Below, in pieces: positions 8,851 through 18,872 of a stretch of 64,000 nucleotides of DNA. The notes beneath the pieces are model-generated. The model was not told where the DNA came from. It ran no database searches and saw nothing but the letters and a program-made list of their open reading frames with translations. Each line of letters begins with the position of its first letter. Position 1 is the first letter of the stretch. Both the position numbers and the translations under genes were made by a program. Source of the stretch: an uncultured Candidatus Saccharibacteria bacterium (GTDB taxonomy: Bacteria; Patescibacteriota; Minisyncoccia; RBG-13-40-8-A); the NCBI GenBank assembly GCA_965231075.1, contig OZ246412.1, positions 14,224 through 78,223 of the forward strand, given 5' to 3'.

Positions 8851-10683
8851 ATGGACAATTTTCAATTCAAACAAATAGACACGCAAATTAATCCTACATT
8901 CCAACCCGAAATCAAGCCAGAAAATAAATTTAAAAAACTTTTCAGTAGGAAAAATTTACCCAAAACTTCGGCAATTTTAATTATTGTGGGTGTTTTAATT
9001 ATTGGTGGAGCGATTCTTTGGGGGAGGGGTTCTTTTGTTGGTTCAAAGGTTGTTTTAAATATTCAAACTTCGGAGAATATCTCTTCTGGCGAAGAGACCA
9101 CAATCACAATTAACTATATTAATAATAATCGTGTAGACCTAAACAATGCCAAATTGATTATTAATTATCCCCAAGGAACTTTTTCTTTGGACGGGAAAGA
9201 AATATATCAAGATTCAAAAACATTGGGAGTTGTCGCCAAAAAAACGGGAGGGAAAGAGATTTTTAAGATAAGATTTTTGGGTGAAAGGGGCAGCACAAAA
9301 AACATTATTGCTAAGTTAGAATATAAACCCGCCAACATTAACTCTCGATTTGAGGCAGAAACGTCATCTAAGATAGAAATCAATACTGTAGCAATCGGTA
9401 TTCATGTCGAAGGATCAGAAAAATCAGTCGCTGGGCAAGAAATTAGCTACGCCATAGAGTATGAAAACAGAACAGAAGAAACAGTTGATGATTTGGTTAT
9501 TAAATTAGAATATCCAGATGATTTTAATTTTAAGACATCTGATCCAGCGCCTAAATCTGAAAACGAGGTAAATATTTGGGAAGTCGGCACATTAAAACCC
9601 AACGAAAAAAGAACAATTAATTTAAACGGATCATTGAATGGTCAAGAGATGGAGAATAAAGTTCTAAGAGCAACAATTGGACAGATGCAAGACGGAAATT
9701 TCTTAAAATATAGTTTGTCTGATTTTGTGACGCAAATTTCTCCAGCACCAATTGTTTTGTTAGTTGCCGTTGATAATGCAGACAACGATTGCAAAGTTAA
9801 CGCTGGTCAGGAATTAAGATACGCAATTAATTTTAGAAACAATACCGACATCGCTCTTAAAGAATTGATTTTAAAAGTGTACTTGCAAGACGGGGTTTTT
9901 GATTTAAGAACCATAGACTTAAATGGTAAGGGGTTTTTTGATAGCCGAACAAATACCATCACTTGGAGCGGAGCCGATATTTCTGCTTTAAGCCTATTAG
10001 ATACAAATCAATTCGGAGAAGTGAGGTTTTCTGTAAAAGTAAAAAATGAATTGCCAATTTATAGTTTTAATGATAAAAATTTCGAAGCAGGAGTGATTGC
10101 CGAAATTCAAACCTTAACTGTTCCGGCAAAATTCGCTGGGACAGAGCTAAAATTCGAAAAAGAATTGAACTGCAAAATTAATACTCAGTTAATATTAAAC
10201 ACTAGGGGCTATTATTATGAGCCATCGCAAGGAATTTATAATCTTGGCCCAATTCCACCGAAAGTTAATGAGTTAACAAATTATACAATTCATTGGCAGG
10301 TAATTAACGTTTCTAATGATTTAGATGGCGTTATTATAAAATCAGTTTTGCCTCAAGGGATTAATTATATGAATTATCATATTAATAAATTAAACAAGGG
10401 ACAGTTTTCATACAACGATCGAACCAAAGAAATAATTTGGAATATCGGTAAAGTACCAGCCGGCACTGGCAAAACATTGCCATTATACGAATTAATCTTC
10501 CAAATTGGTCTAACCCCATCTATTAATCAAGTCGGCAGTTCGCCAATATTAATTAATCAATCACAAATTGAGGGAAGAGATATTTTTACGGGTATCAACT
10601 TAAACTCGATTAGTCCGGCCGTAGACACCTCTGTTCCCGACGACACAAAGGTGAATGCTTACGGAGAAAGAGTAATTGAATAA
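8851..10683 (+). CDS. membrane-anchored surface protein with three DUF11/CARDB-like repeats
   Basis: N-terminal TM helix (ILIIVGVLIIGGAILWG), then three ~110-aa repeats of the pattern E(I/L)xYxIx(Y/F)xNxT...L(K/N)... Confidence 0.55.
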   Translation: MDNFQFKQIDTQINPTFQPEIKPENKFKKLFSRKNLPKTSAILIIVGVLIIGGAILWGRGSFVGSKVVLNIQTSENISSGEETTITINYINNNRVDLNNAKLIINYPQGTFSLDGKEIYQDSKTLGVVAKKTGGKEIFKIRFLGERGSTKNIIAKLEYKPANINSRFEAETSSKIEINTVAIGIHVEGSEKSVAGQEISYAIEYENRTEETVDDLVIKLEYPDDFNFKTSDPAPKSENEVNIWEVGTLKPNEKRTINLNGSLNGQEMENKVLRATIGQMQDGNFLKYSLSDFVTQISPAPIVLLVAVDNADNDCKVNAGQELRYAINFRNNTDIALKELILKVYLQDGVFDLRTIDLNGKGFFDSRTNTITWSGADISALSLLDTNQFGEVRFSVKVKNELPIYSFNDKNFEAGVIAEIQTLTVPAKFAGTELKFEKELNCKINTQLILNTRGYYYEPSQGIYNLGPIPPKVNELTNYTIHWQVINVSNDLDGVIIKSVLPQGINYMNYHINKLNKGQFSYNDRTKEIIWNIGKVPAGTGKTLPLYELIFQIGLTPSINQVGSSPILINQSQIEGRDIFTGINLNSISPAVDTSVPDDTKVNAYGERVIE

Positions 10684-10685
10684 AA

Positions 10686-11981
10686 ATGAAAAAAGAAAAT
10701 TTAATGGAAAAAATTGTGAGTTTATGTAAAAGACGAGGATTTGTTTATCCTGGTTCAGAAATTTATGGTGGATTTCAGGGTTTTTATGATTTTGGGCCAC
10801 TTGGCGTATTAATGAAAAATAACTTAAAACAGTTATGGTGGAACTGGATGACCAGGGAGCATGAAAACATTGTAGGCATTGATGGTGCAATTATTACCAA
10901 TCCTAGGGTTTGGGAAGCATCGGGTCATGTGAAAAGTTTTGTCGATCCACTTTCGGAGTGTAAAAAATGTCATCACCGATTTAAGGTAGATGACCTAAAA
11001 GATAGTAAAAAATGCCCCGATTGTAAAGGCGAATTAACCGAACCAAAACAATTTAATATTTTAGTTCCCACACAATTAGGCGTAATTGAAGGAGAAAAAA
11101 CTAATGCCTATTTACGCGGAGAGGCGTGTCAAACAATTTATCTTAATTATAAAAACGTCTTAAACACCACACGATTGAAAGTTCCTTTCGGAATTTGCCA
11201 AATTGGTAAGGCGTTTAGAAATGAAGTAACGCCAGGAAATTTTTTATTTAGACAACGCGAGTTTGAGCAGTGGGACCTGCAGTGGTTTTGTAAAGAAAAC
11301 GAAATGGAAAAATGGTTTGAATTTTGGAAAAAAGAGAGAATGGAGTGGTACAAGAATATCTTTACCAATCCCAAAAATCTTGGGTTTTACAAACACGAGA
11401 AATTGGCACACTATGCCAAAATGGCCTATGATATTACTTACGAAAATTCGCCTTGCGAAATTAAGGAAATGGAGGGAATTCATTGGCGTGGAGACTGGGA
11501 CCTCTTGGGGCATGCGAAATTTTCCGGGCAAGATTTAAGTTACACTGATCCAGAAACTAACGAAAAATTTGTTCCACAAATTGTGGAAACGTCTGGTGGG
11601 GTTGATCGAGCATTTTTATTTTTATTGATCGATGCCTATATTGAAGAAAAAGAGAGAATCGTCTTAAAATTACACTCTAAAATTGCGCCATATCAAGTCG
11701 CCGTATTCCCATTATTAAAAAATAAACCGGAATTAATCGAAAAAGCGCAAAAAGTATATCGGGAACTAAAAAAAGATTTTAATGTTTCCTGGGATGATCG
11801 AGGTAATATTGGCAAAAGATATTTTGCTCAAGACGAAATCGGTACGCCATTTTGTGTAACGGTTGATTTTGACACACTAGAGAAAAACATTGTTACAGTT
11901 AGAGACAGAGATAGTATGAAACAAGACAAAGTTGACCTTCAGGAATTAAAAGACTATTTAAAAGAAAAAATAAATGTCTAA
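10686..11981 (+). CDS. glyQS: glycyl-tRNA synthetase, alpha2 (archaeal/eukaryotic-like) type
   Basis: YPGSEIYGGFQGFYDFGPLGVLMKNNL and class II motifs, Cys4 insertion, C-terminal anticodon-binding domain. Confidence 0.85.
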   Translation: MKKENLMEKIVSLCKRRGFVYPGSEIYGGFQGFYDFGPLGVLMKNNLKQLWWNWMTREHENIVGIDGAIITNPRVWEASGHVKSFVDPLSECKKCHHRFKVDDLKDSKKCPDCKGELTEPKQFNILVPTQLGVIEGEKTNAYLRGEACQTIYLNYKNVLNTTRLKVPFGICQIGKAFRNEVTPGNFLFRQREFEQWDLQWFCKENEMEKWFEFWKKERMEWYKNIFTNPKNLGFYKHEKLAHYAKMAYDITYENSPCEIKEMEGIHWRGDWDLLGHAKFSGQDLSYTDPETNEKFVPQIVETSGGVDRAFLFLLIDAYIEEKERIVLKLHSKIAPYQVAVFPLLKNKPELIEKAQKVYRELKKDFNVSWDDRGNIGKRYFAQDEIGTPFCVTVDFDTLEKNIVTVRDRDSMKQDKVDLQELKDYLKEKINV

Positions 11982-13251
11982 ACCGTTTCAAAAATTTACA
12001 TTTAAAAACGGTCTAAGGTTGGTCACTGTTCCGATGAAAAATACTCAAGCAGTGACTGTTTTAGTTTTAGTTGGGACTGGCTCTAAATACGAAACCAAGG
12101 AGGTTAATGGGATTTCACATTTTTTAGAGCACATGTTTTTTAAGGGGACAAAGAATAAACCGAGCACAAATAAACTAATTGAACCATTAGATAGGATTGG
12201 AGGAAAATATAATGCCTCTACCGATTATGAGATAACTGATTTTTGGGCAAAAGTTGATGCAAAACACTTAGACGTGGCAATTGATTGGATTTCGGATATA
12301 TTTCTGAATTCCAGAATAGATTCGAAAGAAATCGAGAAAGAAAAAGGAGTCATTATAGAGGAGATTAATATGTACTTAGACGAACCAATCAATTATGTTT
12401 CTGACTTGTGGAACAAATTATTGTATGGCGATCAACCAGCGGGATGGTTTATAGCCGGAGAAAAAGAGACGGTGCAAAACATAAAAAGAAATGATTTTAT
12501 AAATTACTTAAAAAATCACTACTCATCTGTTAATACTGTAGTTGTGGTGGCCGGGAAAATAGATAACATTAAAAAATTAAAGCTTAATATTCAACAAAAA
12601 TTCCAAAAGATAAATAGAAAAAGCCCGCAACCAAGAGCAAAAGTTTTTTACTCGCAACAGAAGCCACAAGCATTGATATACTACAAGAAAACAGACCAAA
12701 CTCACTTGTGTCTTGGCAATAGAGCATACAATATGTTTCATCCAGACAGGTATATTCTGGATATTATAAATACAATTTTAAGTGGAGGATTTACATCAAG
12801 GATGTGGACAAATATACGCCAAAAAAGAGGACTAGCCTATTATGTTTATACTTATGGAAACGCGGATCTGGATACGGGGTATATATTAACCAAGGCCGGA
12901 GTTAATAACGATAAAGTTGACGAAGCGATAAAAGAAATTTTAAACCAATACAATATTATTAAAAATAAAAAAGTTTCCGCACAAGAACTAAGAAAAGCTA
13001 AAGACTATATAAAGGGAAGAGCAATTTTGGGCATGGAATCATCTGATGCTCTGGCTTCTTTTTACGGCCATCAGGAATTATTTGAAAATAAAATTTTGAC
13101 CCTAGAAGAGAAACTTGCTAAAATAGAAGCAGTAACGGCCGAAGACGTACAAAGAGTGGCGAAAGACATATTTAGACCAGAAAAATTAAATTTAGCATTA
13201 ATTGGACCATTTAAAAATAAGGCGAAATTTCAACGCCTTCTAAAATTATGA
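11974..13251 (+). CDS. M16 family zinc peptidase (pitrilysin-like)
   Basis: HFLEHMFFKGT (inverted zincin HxxEH motif) near N-terminus; two-domain M16 length. Confidence 0.75.
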   Translation: MSKPFQKFTFKNGLRLVTVPMKNTQAVTVLVLVGTGSKYETKEVNGISHFLEHMFFKGTKNKPSTNKLIEPLDRIGGKYNASTDYEITDFWAKVDAKHLDVAIDWISDIFLNSRIDSKEIEKEKGVIIEEINMYLDEPINYVSDLWNKLLYGDQPAGWFIAGEKETVQNIKRNDFINYLKNHYSSVNTVVVVAGKIDNIKKLKLNIQQKFQKINRKSPQPRAKVFYSQQKPQALIYYKKTDQTHLCLGNRAYNMFHPDRYILDIINTILSGGFTSRMWTNIRQKRGLAYYVYTYGNADLDTGYILTKAGVNNDKVDEAIKEILNQYNIIKNKKVSAQELRKAKDYIKGRAILGMESSDALASFYGHQELFENKILTLEEKLAKIEAVTAEDVQRVAKDIFRPEKLNLALIGPFKNKAKFQRLLKL

Positions 13252-14288
13252 ACGAAACAAAAACAATAAATATTTCTACGAACACCATTATTAGATTTAT
13301 TCTGATAGTTTTGGGATTAGTTTTTCTGTTTTTAATCCGCGATGTTATCGTTTTATTTATCTTTGCATTAATTATTGCCTCAGCGATAGCTCCGGTGGTT
13401 AATTTCTTTGAAAAAATCAAAATACCTCGAGTCGTCGGGGCATTAATTGTTTACGTTCTAGTTATTGGCGCAATAGCACTTCTAATTTCTCTAATCGTAC
13501 CAACAATTGCCAAAAATGTTAAAGATCTGGCCACTAATCTGCCTACCTACATTGAATCATTGTCAGAGAAATTTCAATCTTTTGAAAAAGCCTCGTCAAA
13601 ATACGGAATGATTATCGATAGATTGCAGGGGTATTTAAGTGATATTGGTGAAACATTAAAATCATTGAGCACAAATATTTTCTCTACCGCTGTTAGTTTC
13701 TTTGGTGGAATATTTTCCTTCTTTTTGGTTGTTGTGATGTCTTTTTATATATCCGTCCAAAAGAAAGGGGTACAAAGGGTTTTGACTGCGGTAATGCCGA
13801 TCAATTACCGTGATTACGTTTTGAATCTTTGGGATCGAGCACAAAAAAAACTGGGCCGATGGCTCCAGGGACAATTATTCTTAGCTTTAATTGTGGGGGC
13901 TTTGGTTTATGTCGGTCTTTCTCTTTTAGGAGTTAAATACGCCCTCATATTGGGAATAATTTCAGGGGTTTTAGAGCTATTTCCGTATATCGGGCCAGTG
14001 CTTGCAGGTATCCCAGGCGTAATTTTGGGCTTATTACAATCGCCAATTTTAGGCTTGTGGGTGTTTATCTTGTATGTGGTTGTGCAACAAATTGAGAGTT
14101 ATTTAATTACACCATTGGTTATGGGTAAGGTAGTAGGATTAAATCCGATTGTCATAATCTTGGCATTGTTAATTGGTGCGAAATTTGGCGGAATTCTTGG
14201 GATGATTTTAGCTGTTCCTTTGGCAGCAGTATTTGCGGAACTGTTAAGAGATATGATTAAAAAACGAAAAGAATCAGAAGCGAAATAA
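13248..14288 (+). CDS. AI-2E family transporter (PerM/YhhT-like permease)
   Basis: Eight predicted TM helices; C-terminal LVMGKVVGLNPIVIILALLIGAKFGGILGMILAVPLAAV is typical of the AI-2E family. Confidence 0.75.
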   Translation: MNETKTINISTNTIIRFILIVLGLVFLFLIRDVIVLFIFALIIASAIAPVVNFFEKIKIPRVVGALIVYVLVIGAIALLISLIVPTIAKNVKDLATNLPTYIESLSEKFQSFEKASSKYGMIIDRLQGYLSDIGETLKSLSTNIFSTAVSFFGGIFSFFLVVVMSFYISVQKKGVQRVLTAVMPINYRDYVLNLWDRAQKKLGRWLQGQLFLALIVGALVYVGLSLLGVKYALILGIISGVLELFPYIGPVLAGIPGVILGLLQSPILGLWVFILYVVVQQIESYLITPLVMGKVVGLNPIVIILALLIGAKFGGILGMILAVPLAAVFAELLRDMIKKRKESEAK

Positions 14289-14715
14289 TAATTACAACAA
14301 TTTGCAGAAAAAACTCAAAGAAGGTCGATGTACCTTCTTTTTGTGATTTATAGTGAAAATTATGATGAAATGATATGTATTTTTGAACAAATTTAATTCT
14401 AGTATTTTGGAACAAAAACCACAAAATATCGGGGACTAGAGAGAAAAATATTCCCAAGATAATTAAGGCAATATTCTTTGTGGTTAAAGAATTATTTTGA
14501 CCAATATATACGAATACCAGAAACAATCCAATCGTACCATCCAAAAACATTTTAAGCACGTTTTTTATTTTTCTAGTACTAGAAATACAATAGTCCCAAT
14601 GAGGAATCTTATCGACAACGAAGTGAAAGATAACTCCTAGAACCATCACTAACCAAAAATTATTTACTTTTGATCCAATAATAGCGCCAATTAAAACATG
14701 AGGAGTTATAATCAT
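14257..14715 (-). CDS. hypothetical polytopic membrane protein
   Basis: ORF track; 4 predicted TM helices; convergently overlaps the AI-2E gene by 32 nt and contains a terminator-like hairpin (14317-14346), so the 3' end is uncertain. Confidence 0.35.
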   Translation of the reverse strand: MIITPHVLIGAIIGSKVNNFWLVMVLGVIFHFVVDKIPHWDYCISSTRKIKNVLKMFLDGTIGLFLVFVYIGQNNSLTTKNIALIILGIFFSLVPDILWFLFQNTRIKFVQKYISFHHNFHYKSQKEGTSTFFEFFLQIVVIIISLLILFVF

Positions 14716-14763
14716 AGTATTTTTATATTAACAAATATTTAATTTACTGTTAAGCTGAAACTA

Positions 14764-15423
14764 ATGGGCAAATTATACATTATTGCAACACCAATAGGAA
14801 ATTTAGACGACATAACTTTAAGATCAATAAATATCTTAAAAGGCGTGGATTTAGTTTTGTGCGAAGATACAAGAGTTACAAAAAAACTACTTGAACATTT
14901 TGAAATTAAAACACCTGTACAAAGTTATCATCAACATAGTGATTCTAAAAAAACCGATTACATTTTAAATTTATTTAAAGAAAATAAAAATATCGCATTA
15001 GTTTCTGATTCGGGAACTCCAGGAATATCAGATCCAGGGAATAAATTGGTGGAAGATGCGCATAGAGAGGGGGTAAAGATTGTGCCGATTCCCGGGCCCA
15101 GTGCGATGATTGCAATTGCGAGCGTTGCGGGGATTTCTATGGACAAATTTGTGTTTATGGGATTTCCGCCACATAAAAAGGGTCGACAGACAATGTTTAA
15201 AGAAATTTCCGAATCTAAATATCCAGTAATAATTTACGAATCAGTGCACAGAATTATAAAAACTCTAAAAGAGTTGCAAACATTACATGATTTTGATATA
15301 GTTGTCGGCAGAGAATTAACCAAAAAATTCGAAACTATCTGCCGTGGCAAAATCTCCGAAGTCATTCCCCAAATCGAACTAAAAGGAGAATTTGTAGTAA
15401 TAATACATAAAGATGAAAAATAA
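14764..15423 (+). CDS. rsmI: 16S rRNA (cytidine1402-2'-O)-methyltransferase
   Basis: LYIIATPIGNLDDITLRSINILKGVDLVLCEDTRVTKKLL (tetrapyrrole-methylase fold, RsmI signature). Confidence 0.85.
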   Translation: MGKLYIIATPIGNLDDITLRSINILKGVDLVLCEDTRVTKKLLEHFEIKTPVQSYHQHSDSKKTDYILNLFKENKNIALVSDSGTPGISDPGNKLVEDAHREGVKIVPIPGPSAMIAIASVAGISMDKFVFMGFPPHKKGRQTMFKEISESKYPVIIYESVHRIIKTLKELQTLHDFDIVVGRELTKKFETICRGKISEVIPQIELKGEFVVIIHKDEK

Positions 15424-16912
15424 ATTTTATATCACAACTACATTGCCATATGTGAATGCTGAGCCACATATTGGATTTGCGCTAGAAATTGTGCAGGCAG
15501 ATGTTATTGCTCGATATCGCGCCCTACAAGGCGACGAGGTGTTTTTTAATACCGGGACCGACGAGCATGGATTGAAAATCTATCAAAAGGCGTTAGAAGA
15601 AAAAAAAGACCCACAAGCATATTGTGATGAGTATGCAGCGAAATTTGATTTATTAAAAACGAAATTAAATCTTTCTTACAATAATTTTATTCGCACCACT
15701 GACAAACATCATATTGAGGCGTGCCAAGAATTCTGGAAAAAATGTGAAAAAAATGGCGATATTTACAAAAAGAATTACAAAACCAAATATTGCGTTGGTT
15801 GTGAATTAGAAAAAACCGATTCCGAATTAGTTGATGGCAAATGCCCGATTCATCCCAATCGCGAACTAGAAATCATCGAAGAAGAAAATTATTTCTTTAA
15901 GTTTTCTAAATACCAGCAACCACTTTTGGATTTTTACGACAAAAATAAAGGTTTTGTTATTCCTGCGCATCGTCAAAAAGAAATTTATAATTTTGTAAAA
16001 AATGGTTTGCAAGATTTTAGTATTTCCCGACTCAAAACAAAAATGCCATGGGGCGTACCCGTACCGGGGGACAGTGACCACATAATGTATGTTTGGTTTG
16101 ATGCCCTTATCAACTATATTTCCTGTCTAGGTTGGCCCAAAGACGAGAAAAAGTTCAAAGAATTCTGGCCGGGACTGCAAGTTGCCGGAAAAGATAATTT
16201 AAGACAACAAACTGCAATGTGGCAAGCCATGCTTTTATCGGCTAAGCTTCCGTTATCGAAACAGGTGTTTATTCATGGATTTATTACTTTAGGTGGACAA
16301 AAAATTAGTAAATCTTCTAGTCCAAGCCCAAGTCCATCGCCATCAAGCGAGGTTTCATTATCAAAGAATATTTTACCAAGTCCAATTGAGTTGGTTGATA
16401 AATACGGCATTGATGCGGTGAGATACTATTTATTGCGCGGAATTCCGTCTTCCGAAGATGGCGATTTTTCTATTGAACGATTTGAAGAATTATACAATTC
16501 TGATCTAGCAAATGGATTAGGAAATTTGGTTGCGAGAGTATTGGGATTAACAGAGAAACATAATCTATTTAAAAGCATTTTTATAAATGATGTCGACGGC
16601 AAATACAAAAGAGACGTGGACAACCTGAAAGCAGCAGTCAGCGATTGCATTAACGGGTTTGGATTTTCGGAATTTTTAGAAATCGTTTGGTCTGGTATTC
16701 GTGTTTTGGGTGACACATACATTGATAGTCAAAAACCATGGGAATTAGCTGGAGAAGATGAGATTAAATTAAAACAAGTTTTAACTAATTTACTTTATTT
16801 AATTTCCGAAATTGCCGAATTAATTACACCGTTTTTACCTGAAACGAGTGAAAAAATAAAAAATCAATTAAAATCCGGTAAATCAGAAATATTGTTTCCC
16901 AGAATTTCATAA
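15413..16912 (+). CDS. metG: methionyl-tRNA synthetase
   Basis: PYVNAEPHIGF (HIGH variant), zinc knuckle CVGCELEKTD...CPIHPN, KISKS (KMSKS) followed by an unusual SSPSPSPSPSSEVS insertion. Confidence 0.9.
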   Translation: MKNKFYITTTLPYVNAEPHIGFALEIVQADVIARYRALQGDEVFFNTGTDEHGLKIYQKALEEKKDPQAYCDEYAAKFDLLKTKLNLSYNNFIRTTDKHHIEACQEFWKKCEKNGDIYKKNYKTKYCVGCELEKTDSELVDGKCPIHPNRELEIIEEENYFFKFSKYQQPLLDFYDKNKGFVIPAHRQKEIYNFVKNGLQDFSISRLKTKMPWGVPVPGDSDHIMYVWFDALINYISCLGWPKDEKKFKEFWPGLQVAGKDNLRQQTAMWQAMLLSAKLPLSKQVFIHGFITLGGQKISKSSSPSPSPSPSSEVSLSKNILPSPIELVDKYGIDAVRYYLLRGIPSSEDGDFSIERFEELYNSDLANGLGNLVARVLGLTEKHNLFKSIFINDVDGKYKRDVDNLKAAVSDCINGFGFSEFLEIVWSGIRVLGDTYIDSQKPWELAGEDEIKLKQVLTNLLYLISEIAELITPFLPETSEKIKNQLKSGKSEILFPRIS

Positions 16913-16923
16913 AAGTTATAACA

Positions 16924-16951
16924 TTGACGTAATAAATTTAATAGTATATAG
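16924..16951 (+). promoter_or_regulatory. sigma70-type promoter: TTGACG - 16 bp - TATAGT
   Basis: Near-consensus hexamers upstream of the GC-rich gene at 17001; AGGGAG Shine-Dalgarno at ~16990. Confidence 0.45.
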
Positions 16952-16978
16952 TAAAATCAGTTCCTTTGGAACTGATTT
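16952..16978. promoter_or_regulatory. perfect 12-3-12 inverted repeat AAAATCAGTTCC-TTT-GGAACTGATTTT at the predicted transcription start (candidate operator, or metG terminator)
   Basis: Perfect palindrome immediately downstream of the -10 element; not followed by a U-tract. Confidence 0.45.
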
Positions 16979-17000
16979 TAAATCTAATAGGGAGTGTGCA

Positions 17001-18026
17001 ATGAAAAAATCAGTTTGTGTCGTTCTTTTTATGTTCATGTTTTTGTCGCTATCTTTTTCGGCGTTCGGCCAGCAGGTCGAATACAAAAAGATCTATCGAC
17101 TCGGCGTGGCTCCGCTGGAAAAAAACGGGGTCAAGACACTGGAAGAGCTCGAAGCGCTCATCGTCAAAAAGATTGTGGTCATCGATCTATTATTGAGCGG
17201 GCGAAAAGAGCTTGTCGAAGAATTCTATCGACAATTTCCCGAGGCAAGGGTCGAAGAGATTTCTTTTGACAAAAATGACCACGTGCGAATTATTTCGATG
17301 TCCTGGGAGAACTGGGACAAGAAGCCCAAGGTAACGGTACCTGTCGAATGGGCTGGAGAAGGAATCGTTGAGGCATATATTTTTAAAATCGATTATATGC
17401 ACATCGGAAAGTCTTATTGGTTCCTGATTCCCAAGAAGTGTGGGAACGTTTCTCTATGGAAGATCGAAGATCTTGAGATTCCGATTAGGAAAATCGAAGA
17501 GAAGCCGGTTGTCGAGTACCCATCTCGGTCAAACCCCGAGATCGAAACGGTTCACAATCCGGAACCCAAGCCCGTTGTCGAGACGTCCAAAGAAAAGGAT
17601 GATACGGATTATTTCGCAGATTTGGCCGGAGGAATTTTCAAAAGCTGCTACAAGGAGTATATTATCCTCCGGGCTGGTTTCGCGAAAAAAATCAGCGAAA
17701 AATTCGAACTGACCTTCTTGGGAGGAATCGGCCTTCCTCTTGATTTCCAAACCGGATATCCCGGAACCGAGGAATGGAAAGTGGTGTTTATGGGCGACAC
17801 AAAGTTGATATACAGACCATCTTCATTCTTTATCGGTGTAGGCGCCGGAATGTCGTCTGCCGTCAAGGCAGGCAATACCAAGCAACTGGAAGGAATTTGC
17901 ACGACAGGAATCAGTTCAGGCAAGATCGATTTATTTGTTGAAGTGCGTCTTCCTATGCAGAAAGACAAGAGCTTCAAGAACAACTACAAGATATTTGCCG
18001 GAATAGGAGTACACTGGGGGCGATGA
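17001..18026 (+). CDS. secreted hypothetical protein, compositionally atypical (GC-rich) gene
   Basis: Signal peptide MKKSVCVVLFMFMFLSLSFSAFGQQ; ~48% GC; flanked by its own promoter and hairpin terminator. Confidence 0.6.
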   Translation: MKKSVCVVLFMFMFLSLSFSAFGQQVEYKKIYRLGVAPLEKNGVKTLEELEALIVKKIVVIDLLLSGRKELVEEFYRQFPEARVEEISFDKNDHVRIISMSWENWDKKPKVTVPVEWAGEGIVEAYIFKIDYMHIGKSYWFLIPKKCGNVSLWKIEDLEIPIRKIEEKPVVEYPSRSNPEIETVHNPEPKPVVETSKEKDDTDYFADLAGGIFKSCYKEYIILRAGFAKKISEKFELTFLGGIGLPLDFQTGYPGTEEWKVVFMGDTKLIYRPSSFFIGVGAGMSSAVKAGNTKQLEGICTTGISSGKIDLFVEVRLPMQKDKSFKNNYKIFAGIGVHWGR

Positions 18027-18040
18027 GCCCCCTTTTTTAT
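18015..18040 (+). terminator. hairpin terminator overlapping the stop codon
   Basis: GGGGGCGATGAGCCCCC followed by TTTTTT. Confidence 0.55.
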
Positions 18041-18067
18041 TCTTTAAAATAGTGATATATTGATTTT

Positions 18068-18865
18068 ATGTTGATCGATACACACGCGCATTTAAATTTT
18101 AAAGATTTTGATGACGATCGAAATGAAATTATTAAAAAATGCCAAGATTTACAAGTTGGCATTATTAATATTGGCGTTAATTATACTGCCTCTAAAGAGG
18201 TGATTGAACTTGCTGAGAAATATAGTAATTGTTGGGCGACGGTTGCCATGCATCCACATGACATTAATGATCCAAGAGATAAAATTGGTTTTGATTACAA
18301 CAAATTTTTGGAACTTGCTAAAAATCCAAAAGTCGTAGGAATTGGTGAATGTGGATTGGATTATCAATTTTGTGAAGACGATTTAACACAACAAAAACAA
18401 CAGCAAGAAATTTTTATACAACATTTAAAATTGGCGCAGGAAGTAAACAAGCCAATCATTATTCACAGTCGTAGATTGTTTCCAGAAATATTAGAGATCA
18501 TTAAAACATTTCAAGCATCAAACACCAGACATTTAGCCGGTGTTCTTCACTGCTATATGGGACGCTGGAGTTATGCGGAAGAATATTTAAAATTAGGTTT
18601 TTATTTAAGTTTTACGGGACTAATAACCTATGCGCGAGATTATGATAAAGTGATTAAAAATTGTCCGTTAGATAAAATTTTAATTGAAACCGATTCACCG
18701 TATTTGACGCCCGACCCCCTGCACAAAAAAGACGAAATTGTCCGCAATACACCATTAAATGTCGAATTAGTTGCTCGAAAAATTGCCGAAATTAAAGGAA
18801 TCAGCCTTGAAGAAGTTGCAAAACAAACCACCCAAAACGCACAAAAGCTATTTAATATAGTATAA
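18068..18865 (+). CDS. tatD: TatD family metal-dependent hydrolase (DNase)
   Basis: MLIDTHAHLNF...GIGECGLDY...HSR... are TatD signature motifs. Confidence 0.85.
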   Translation: MLIDTHAHLNFKDFDDDRNEIIKKCQDLQVGIINIGVNYTASKEVIELAEKYSNCWATVAMHPHDINDPRDKIGFDYNKFLELAKNPKVVGIGECGLDYQFCEDDLTQQKQQQEIFIQHLKLAQEVNKPIIIHSRRLFPEILEIIKTFQASNTRHLAGVLHCYMGRWSYAEEYLKLGFYLSFTGLITYARDYDKVIKNCPLDKILIETDSPYLTPDPLHKKDEIVRNTPLNVELVARKIAEIKGISLEEVAKQTTQNAQKLFNIV

Positions 18866-18872
18866 TTAAGTT

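Noticed and set aside
11147-11538. Overlapping short ORFs on both strands inside glyQS
   Set aside because: Nested within a well-supported synthetase ORF; no independent signals.
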